Assembly (NCBI GenBank): GCA_044373655.1
Contig: JBILPS010000004.1
Span: 6,902 to 70,901, forward strand
Source of the DNA: Rhodoferax sp.
GTDB taxonomy: Bacteria; Pseudomonadota; Gammaproteobacteria; Burkholderiales; Burkholderiaceae_C
Length of the DNA stretch: 64,000 bases
Reading direction: 5' to 3'
The notes beneath the pieces were generated by a model, which was given only the letters and a program-made list of their open reading frames with translations, did no database searches and was not told the DNA's origin. The position numbers and the translations under genes are program-made. This document shows, one piece after another, positions 57,972-64,000 of this stretch; positions within the stretch are counted from its first letter, which is position 1; every line of letters starts with the position of its first letter.

Positions 57972-59222
57972 GTGAGCCATTTTTCTATTTTTGCGCTGGC
58001 GCGCAACGCCATGTCTTACCACGAGAACTGGCAAAAACAATGGCGCAGCCCCGAACCTAAAGCCAGCTATGACGCCATCATTGTCGGCGGCGGTGGACAC
58101 GGTTTAGCCACCGCCTATTACCTGGCCAAAGAACACGGCATGCGCAATATCGCGGTCGTAGAGCGCGGCTGGCTGGGCGGCGGTAATACCGCGCGCAACA
58201 CCACCATCGTGCGTTCCAACTACCTGTGGGATGACGCCACGCACCTGTATGAAAAAGCCTTGCAACTGTGGGAAGGTTTGTCGCAAGACCTGAACTACAA
58301 CACCATGTTCAGCCAGCGCGGCGTGATGAATGTGGGCCACTCCCTGCAAGACATGCGCGACATCGAACGCCGCGTCAATGCCAACCGCCTAAATGGCGTC
58401 GATGGCGTGGTGCTGACGCCCGCGCAAATCAAGGCCATGGTGCCCATCATGAACACCAGTGACAGCCTGCGCTATCCGGTCATGGGCGCATCCTTTCAGC
58501 CGCGCGGCGGCGTGGCCCGCCACGACGCCATCGCCTGGGGCTTTGCCCGCGCTGCCGATCGCCTGGGCGTGGACATCATCCAAAACTGCGAAGTCATTGG
58601 CGTGCAGCGCGAAGGCGACCAGGTGGTGGGCATCGAGACCACACGCGGCGTGATCAAGAGCAAAAAAATCGGCGTGGTGGCAGCGGGCCACAGCAGCGTG
58701 ATTGCCAGCATGGCCGGTATCCGCCTTCCGCTGGAAAGCCATCCGCTGCAAGCGCTGGTGTCCGAGCCCATGAAGCCGATTTTGCATACGGTCGTGATGT
58801 CCAACGCCATCCACGCCTACGCCAGCCAGTCGGATAAAGGTGACTTGGTGATCGGCGCAGGTATCGACTCGTATGTGGGCTACGGCCAGCGCGGCAGCTT
58901 CCCCATCATTGAGCACACGCTGCAAGCGATTTGCGAACTCTTCCCCATCTTTCGGCGCGTACGCATGAACCGCCAATGGGGCGGCATTGTGGACGTGGCA
59001 CCGGATGCCTGCCCGATTATTTCCAAGACCCATATTAAAGGCCTGTACTTCAACTGTGGCTGGGGCACCGGCGGCTTCAAAGCCACCCCCGGCTCGGGCT
59101 GGGTGATGGCGCACACCATGGCGCAGGACCGGCCCCATGCACTCAATGCGGCTTTTGAACTCAATCGCTTTAACACCGGGCACCTGATTGATGAGCATGG
59201 TGCGGCGGGTGTGGCGCATTGA
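57972..59222 (+). CDS. soxB: Heterotetrameric sarcosine oxidase beta subunit
   Basis: [61 protein letters not shown]; GTG start at 57972. Confidence 0.96.
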   Translation: MSHFSIFALARNAMSYHENWQKQWRSPEPKASYDAIIVGGGGHGLATAYYLAKEHGMRNIAVVERGWLGGGNTARNTTIVRSNYLWDDATHLYEKALQLWEGLSQDLNYNTMFSQRGVMNVGHSLQDMRDIERRVNANRLNGVDGVVLTPAQIKAMVPIMNTSDSLRYPVMGASFQPRGGVARHDAIAWGFARAADRLGVDIIQNCEVIGVQREGDQVVGIETTRGVIKSKKIGVVAAGHSSVIASMAGIRLPLESHPLQALVSEPMKPILHTVVMSNAIHAYASQSDKGDLVIGAGIDSYVGYGQRGSFPIIEHTLQAICELFPIFRRVRMNRQWGGIVDVAPDACPIISKTHIKGLYFNCGWGTGGFKATPGSGWVMAHTMAQDRPHALNAAFELNRFNTGHLIDEHGAAGVAH

Positions 59223-59518
59223 GGTTTGGATATGTTTGAAAATTTTCCCTGCGGGACCTTTGTTTATCCCCCGCTTCCCCCCCCGCCCCTTCACCCCCGC
59301 CGGGGTGAAGGGGAGCTTGAACAGCCCATTTCTTTTTTTTGGCCTGTTAGAGACTTTGGTGCGAGCGCTTGCGATACGGATTTGCGTGCTGAGATGGGTG
59401 GGCGCGGCGGTCGTAGTCAATGGCTTGGGGCTTGGCTACTTTCTTTTGGCGAAGCAAAAGAAAGTAGCTCGGCCAACCGGCCAAAACCAGTATTCAAAAA
59501 CATTAAACAAAAACTAAC
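59223..59518. repeat. ~296-bp palindrome-rich insert between soxB and soxD (MITE/REP-like)
   Basis: Perfect 12-bp stem CCCCTTCACCCC/GGGGTGAAGGGG (59286-59313); perfect 14-bp stem GCTACTTTCTTTTG-GCGAAG-CAAAAGAAAGTAGC (59435-59468); poly-C and poly-T tracts. Confidence 0.7.
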
Positions 59519-59815
59519 ATGCTAAAAATTACCTGCCCCTGGTGCGGCCCGCGCGCCGAAAGTGAATTTAGCTGCGGCGGCGAGGCGCATATTGCGCGGC
59601 CGCTGGATACCGATGCCCTGACGGATGCGCAATGGGGCGACTATTTGTTCATGCGCAAAAATCCCAAAGGGCTGCACCGCGAACAATGGTTGCATGCAGC
59701 CGGTTGCCGCCGCTGGTTCAATGCCGAGCGCAACACCGTGAGCTACCAATTCAGCAAGTTTTACAAACCCGGCGAAAACCCTGACGCAGCGCCCGGCGCA
59801 GGAGCAGCACCATGA
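59519..59815 (+). CDS. soxD: Sarcosine oxidase delta subunit
   Basis: ITCPWCGPR.ESEF, WGDYLFMRKNPKG, HAAGCRRWFN Zn site. Confidence 0.95.
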   Translation: MLKITCPWCGPRAESEFSCGGEAHIARPLDTDALTDAQWGDYLFMRKNPKGLHREQWLHAAGCRRWFNAERNTVSYQFSKFYKPGENPDAAPGAGAAP

Positions 59816-62814
59816 GCGGGCAACGTGTACCGAACCTGGGCAGCCGCATCGACCGCAAAGCCCCGCTCCGCTTCACCTTCAATGGCCGCAGCTTTAGCGG
59901 CTATGCCGGCGACACCCTGGCTTCGGCCTTGCTGGCAGCCGGCGAGAGCTTGTTTTCGCGGTCCTGGAAATACCACCGCCCGCGCGGCATCGTCACCTCG
60001 GGCATTGAAGAGCCCTCGGCATTGGTGCAGGTGGAGCGCGGTGCGCACACCATCCCCAATGCCAAGATGCCCGAAGTCGAGTTGTATGAAGGCTTGTATG
60101 CCGAGAGCGTGAACGGCTGGCCCGGTTTGCTCTCGCGCCTACTGAGCCCCAACCGCTGGGGCACGCCCCTGTTTCCGGCGGGCTTTTATTACAAAACCTT
60201 TATGTGGCCGGCCAAGGCCTGGATGTTTTACGAGCGATTTATCCGCAAGGCCGGTGGCCTGGGCGCAGCGCCTGAAGTGGAAGACACCGCACACTATGTG
60301 CACCAGAACATCCATTGCGATGTGTTCGTAGCTGGCGGCGGTATCGCCGGTCTGGCCGCCGCCCTGGCTGCAGGACGCAGCGGCGCGCGGGTTATCGTGG
60401 CCGAGCTGCAAGCCGAGCTCGGTGGCGCAGCGCACCGCTGCACCGGCACCATAGACGGCCAAGCGGCTAGCGACTGGGCGCGCGCTGCGGTGGCCGAACT
60501 GCAGGCCATGCCCGATGTGCGCATCATCCGCCGCGGCGTAGTGTTTGGCTACCATGACTACAACTTCCTGACCGTGCGCGAAGCGCTGAGCGACCACCTG
60601 CCTCTGGCAAAGCGCCAAGGCTTTCGCGAGCGCCTGTGCCGTGTGCGCGCAAGCCAAGTGGTGCTGGCCACCGGTGCGCATGAGCGGCCCATGGTGTTTG
60701 GCAATAACGACTTGCCCGGTGTGATGCTGTCCTCGGCGCTGGCTGACTACGCCACGCTCTATGGCGTACTCGCTGGCAAAAACATCGTGTTGCTGACGAA
60801 TAACGACAGCGCTTATGCCGACGCACTGGTGCTGCGTAAGGCCGGTGCAAACGTGAGCGTGGTCGATGCCCGCGCAAGCAACCCACCTGCTGGCGGTTTG
60901 GCGGAGCAAGCGCAAGACGCCGGCGTCATGGTGCTACGCAACCATGTGCCGGTGCAAGCCCATGGCAGCGTGCGCGTGAGCAGCATCGAACTGGCCGCGA
61001 TGAGCGGTGGCAAGGCCAGCGGCGCACGGCGCGTGCTAGCCTGCGACACCCTGGGCATGGCTGGCGGCTGGAACCCGGCGATCCATTTGTATTCGCACTC
61101 CGGCGGCAAAGCGGTGTGGAACGAGGCCTTGTGCTGCTTCACACCCGGTGCGGCGATTGCCGACCAACAGATTGTGGGCGCAGGCGCCGCACAGTTCGGT
61201 TTGGCGCAGACACTGCAAACGGCCAGCCAGGCCGGTGCGCTTGCTGCGCAGCGTGCTGGCTTTGTCGCGCAGGCCAGCAGCTACCCAGTCAGCGAAGCAG
61301 CGGGCGAAGCGATTGCAGCCTTTTGGATTGCCGAGACCGGCGAGCCGGTGTCACGCCGCAGCAAAGCCTTTATCGATTACCAAAACGATGTGGGCGCATC
61401 AGACATTGAGTTGGCAGTGCGCGAGGGCTTTGAATCCATAGAGCACATCAAGCGTTACACCGCCATGGGTTTTGGCACTGACCAGGGCAAGTTAGGCAAT
61501 ATCAACGGCATGGCGCTGGCCGCGCGCGCACTGGGCAAGCCCATCGGCCAGGTAGGTACCACCACCTTCCGGCCCAATTACATCCCCATCACTTTTGGCA
61601 CCTTGGCCGGTGTGGACCGGGGCGATTTGTTCGATCCAGCGCGCCACACCAGCCCACACCCGTTGCATATCGCCGCCGGTGCCTTGTTTGAGGACGTGGG
61701 CCAGTGGAAACGCCCCTGGTACTTCCCCAAGGGCAATGAAGATATGCACCAGGCAGTGCACCGCGAAGTGATGGCGGTGCGCGAAGGCGTGGGCATCATG
61801 GATGCATCGACGCTGGGCAAGATTGATATCCAAGGCCCGGACGCGGCCAAGCTACTGAACTGGATGTACACCAACCCCTGGCTCAAGCTAGATGTAGGCA
61901 AAGCGCGCTATGGCCTGATGCTGGACGAAAACGGCATGGTCTATGACGACGGCGTCACCGTGCGCCTGGGCGAGAACCATTTTGTGATGACCACCACCAC
62001 CGGCGGCGCTGCGCGTGTGCTCGGTTGGATGGAGCGCTGGGTGCAAACCGAATGGCCCGACATGCAGGTCTATATGACCAGCGTCACCGACCACTGGAGC
62101 ACCTTCGGCTTGGTCGGCCCCAAGGCACGTGCAGTGCTGGAAAAAGTCTGCAAAGACGTGGACCTGTCGCTGGCCGCTTTCCCGTTTATGAGCTACCGCG
62201 AAGGCACGGTGGCAGGTGTAGCGGCGCGCATTATGCGCATTAGCTTTTCGGGTGAGTTGTCGTTTGAGGTGAACGTGCCTTCGCACTATGGCGCTGCGGT
62301 CTGGGCCGCACTGATGGCAGCGGGCGAAGCGTTCAACATCACGCCCTACGGCACCGAAACCATGCACGTGCTGCGTGCGGAAAAAGGCTACATCATTGTC
62401 GGCCAGGATACCGATGGCTCAGTGACCCCGCACGACTTGGGCATGGGCGCCATGGTGTCCAAGACCAAAGACTTTTTGGGCCGCCGTTCGCTGTCGCGCA
62501 GTCATACCGCAGGCCCCAACCGCAAAGAACTGGTGGGCTTGCTCACCGAGGACCCGGCCGTAGTGCTGCCCGAAGGCGCACAAATCACGGAGGTGGGCGC
62601 GCCCGTTACCACGCCGGTGCCTATGCTGGGCCATGTGACTTCCAGCTACTACAGCCCCGCGCTCAAGCGCTCGATTGCCATGGCGCTGGTGCGCAATGGC
62701 CAGCAGCGCAGCGGCCAGCAAGTGCAAATACCGCTGGCCGATGGCCGCACCGTGCGCGCCACCGTAGGCAGCACGGTGTTTTACGATCCTGAAGGGAAAC
62801 GCCACCATGTCTGA
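59812..62814 (+). CDS. soxA: Sarcosine oxidase alpha subunit
   Basis: GDTLASALLA, KYHRPRG, GFYYKTFMWP, KRYTAMGFGTDQGK, GcvT-like C-terminus. Confidence 0.96.
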   Translation: MSGQRVPNLGSRIDRKAPLRFTFNGRSFSGYAGDTLASALLAAGESLFSRSWKYHRPRGIVTSGIEEPSALVQVERGAHTIPNAKMPEVELYEGLYAESVNGWPGLLSRLLSPNRWGTPLFPAGFYYKTFMWPAKAWMFYERFIRKAGGLGAAPEVEDTAHYVHQNIHCDVFVAGGGIAGLAAALAAGRSGARVIVAELQAELGGAAHRCTGTIDGQAASDWARAAVAELQAMPDVRIIRRGVVFGYHDYNFLTVREALSDHLPLAKRQGFRERLCRVRASQVVLATGAHERPMVFGNNDLPGVMLSSALADYATLYGVLAGKNIVLLTNNDSAYADALVLRKAGANVSVVDARASNPPAGGLAEQAQDAGVMVLRNHVPVQAHGSVRVSSIELAAMSGGKASGARRVLACDTLGMAGGWNPAIHLYSHSGGKAVWNEALCCFTPGAAIADQQIVGAGAAQFGLAQTLQTASQAGALAAQRAGFVAQASSYPVSEAAGEAIAAFWIAETGEPVSRRSKAFIDYQNDVGASDIELAVREGFESIEHIKRYTAMGFGTDQGKLGNINGMALAARALGKPIGQVGTTTFRPNYIPITFGTLAGVDRGDLFDPARHTSPHPLHIAAGALFEDVGQWKRPWYFPKGNEDMHQAVHREVMAVREGVGIMDASTLGKIDIQGPDAAKLLNWMYTNPWLKLDVGKARYGLMLDENGMVYDDGVTVRLGENHFVMTTTTGGAARVLGWMERWVQTEWPDMQVYMTSVTDHWSTFGLVGPKARAVLEKVCKDVDLSLAAFPFMSYREGTVAGVAARIMRISFSGELSFEVNVPSHYGAAVWAALMAAGEAFNITPYGTETMHVLRAEKGYIIVGQDTDGSVTPHDLGMGAMVSKTKDFLGRRSLSRSHTAGPNRKELVGLLTEDPAVVLPEGAQITEVGAPVTTPVPMLGHVTSSYYSPALKRSIAMALVRNGQQRSGQQVQIPLADGRTVRATVGSTVFYDPEGKRHHV

Positions 62815-63391
62815 TGCTGTTTTGCAAAGCCCCCTGGCGCCCTTGTTAGGCGCGGGCGACAAGTCTTTGGTGGTCGATGGTCAAGCCGTCGCGCTGGGCG
62901 AAGCGCCCTTAATGGATATGCTCAATTTGCGCGGCGATCCGGCAGACGCACGCTTTTGCAGCGCAGTGCACACGGTGACCGGCCTGGCACTGCCCTTAGT
63001 AGCCAATACCGCCAGTATGGGCACAGATCGCCAACTACTCTGGCTGGGTCCAGACGAATGCTTGCTGCAATGCCCAATAGGGCAAGGTGATGCGCTCGAA
63101 GCCGCATTGCGCGAAGCGATGCCCGGGCAGCACATGGCAATCGTGAACGTGGGCCATGGCAATACCGTGCTGCGGGTCCAAGGCCCGGGCGCGGCGGACT
63201 TGCTCTCGCGCGGCTGCCCCTTGGATTTTCACGCCCGCGTGTTTGCCGCCGGTCAGGTCGCCCAAAGCCATATCTCGCGCGCTAACGCGACGATTCTGTG
63301 CAAACAGGCCGGCAGCCACTATGAAGTCACCGTGCGCCGCAGCTTTGCCGACTACCTGTTTCGCTGGCTTTGCGCCGCAGCTGGTGCATGA
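62807..63391 (+). CDS. soxG: Sarcosine oxidase gamma subunit
   Basis: LNLRG, LWLGPDECL, LLSRGCPLDFH, VRRSFADYLFRWL. Confidence 0.93.
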   Translation: MSDAVLQSPLAPLLGAGDKSLVVDGQAVALGEAPLMDMLNLRGDPADARFCSAVHTVTGLALPLVANTASMGTDRQLLWLGPDECLLQCPIGQGDALEAALREAMPGQHMAIVNVGHGNTVLRVQGPGAADLLSRGCPLDFHARVFAAGQVAQSHISRANATILCKQAGSHYEVTVRRSFADYLFRWLCAAAGA

Positions 63392-64000
63392 GCTTTTCGC
63401 TCGGGATAGATACCGGCGGCACCTTTACCGACGCGGTGCTGCTCAATGCGGCGCGCGAGGTGGTGGCGGCGTCCAAAAGCCTAACTACCCGCTTTGATTT
63501 GGCGCAGGGCATAGCCGCGTCTTTGGACGGTCTGCCGCAAGATTTGTTGGCGCAAGTGGATTTGGTCTCCCTGTCCACCACGCTGACCACCAACTCGGTG
63601 GTCGAAGGCAAAGGCGCGCCGGTCTGCGCGCTGCTGGTGGGCTATGACGCGCAGCAAATCAAAACCAGCGGGCTTGCCGACTTACTGGGCCTGGACGCGA
63701 TTGAAAGCCTGGCCGGCGGACATGATGCAGCAGGCTTGCCTCTGTGCGCGCTGGACGAGGTGGCCTGCCGCGCCGCCATTGCCAAGCACGCGGGGCGGGT
63801 ATCGGCGTTTGCGATTTCGGCCACCTTTGCGGTGCGTAACCCGGCGCATGAAAACCAGTTACGCGCCTGGGTGCAGCAACACTGCGACACGCCGGTCACC
63901 TGCGGGCATGAGCTGGCCTCCAGCCTGGGCGCGCCGCGCCGGGCCCTAACAGCCGCGCTCAATGCACGCATGATTTCGCACGTCAAAACCCTGATCGATT
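63388..64000 (+). CDS. Hydantoinase/oxoprolinase (HyuA-like) family protein (partial, runs off the right edge)
   Basis: Not in the ORF track. My translation gives MSFSLGIDTGGTFTDAVLL...STTLTTNSVVEGKG...NPAHE...TCGHELASSLGAPRRALTAALNARM; the ATG overlaps the soxG stop (ATGA). Confidence 0.88.
   Translation, partial: MSFSLGIDTGGTFTDAVLLNAAREVVAASKSLTTRFDLAQGIAASLDGLPQDLLAQVDLVSLSTTLTTNSVVEGKGAPVCALLVGYDAQQIKTSGLADLLGLDAIESLAGGHDAAGLPLCALDEVACRAAIAKHAGRVSAFAISATFAVRNPAHENQLRAWVQQHCDTPVTCGHELASSLGAPRRALTAALNARMISHVKTLID

Noticed and set aside
59188-59525. ORFs 59188-59517 and 59226-59525 in the soxB-soxD gap
   Set aside because: They are translations of palindromes and homopolymer tracts (PPLPPPP, GYFLLAKQKKV), overlap soxB or soxD and have no protein-family features.
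57972-63391. Sulfur-oxidation Sox system
   Set aside because: The motifs are those of heterotetrameric sarcosine oxidase; the name overlap is coincidental.
1-64000. CRISPR arrays, rRNA, tRNA, transposases, integrases, prophage or defence operons
   Set aside because: Reading by eye, I found no regularly spaced direct repeats, RNA-gene signatures or DDE/HUH/tyrosine-recombinase motifs; nearly all sequence is accounted for by the listed CDSs.

Overview
GC-rich chromosomal segment whose gene content and protein sequences resemble Comamonadaceae (Betaproteobacteria); the taxonomy is inferred. It is mostly catabolic, in this order. (1) Glycerol ABC uptake and kinase locus glpSTPQUV/glpR/glpK; glpV runs off the left edge and is missing from the ORF track. 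(2) proC, then a CoA-transferase plus LysR gene pair divergent from malate synthase G. (3) An aerobic benzoyl-CoA (box) cluster: HAAT-type ABC transporter, alpha/beta hydrolase, benzoate-CoA ligase, BoxR, boxCBA, paaH and thiolase, with no boxD. (4) vapBC, amn and nodIJ-like ABC-2 genes. (5) A carotenoid-oxygenase-fold dioxygenase paired with a class V PLP enzyme, then srkA. (6) A ~26 kb quaternary-amine (betaine) catabolic region: HD-domain putative diiron oxygenase, MFS, class II aldolase, cdhC-cdhA-cdhB, MDR oxidoreductase, second thioesterase, acyl-CoA dehydrogenase, ADP-forming ligase, CaiD-like hydratase, family-5 ABC transporter with a Tat-type binding protein, non-pyrrolysine MttB-family methyltransferase, sdaA, a small secreted Cys-mirror protein, soxBDAG and a hydantoinase/oxoprolinase-family gene cut by the right edge. 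I saw no rRNA, tRNA, CRISPR array, transposase or integrase. The most unusual items are: a boxB-boxA element of two unrelated long stems carrying near-identical, oppositely oriented loops; a hairpin-rich insert splitting soxB from soxD; and several uncharacterised enzymes embedded in the betaine region, whose promoters share a 21-bp-spaced GTCG motif with no matching regulator in the window. All functional calls come from motif recognition and gene context, not database searches.
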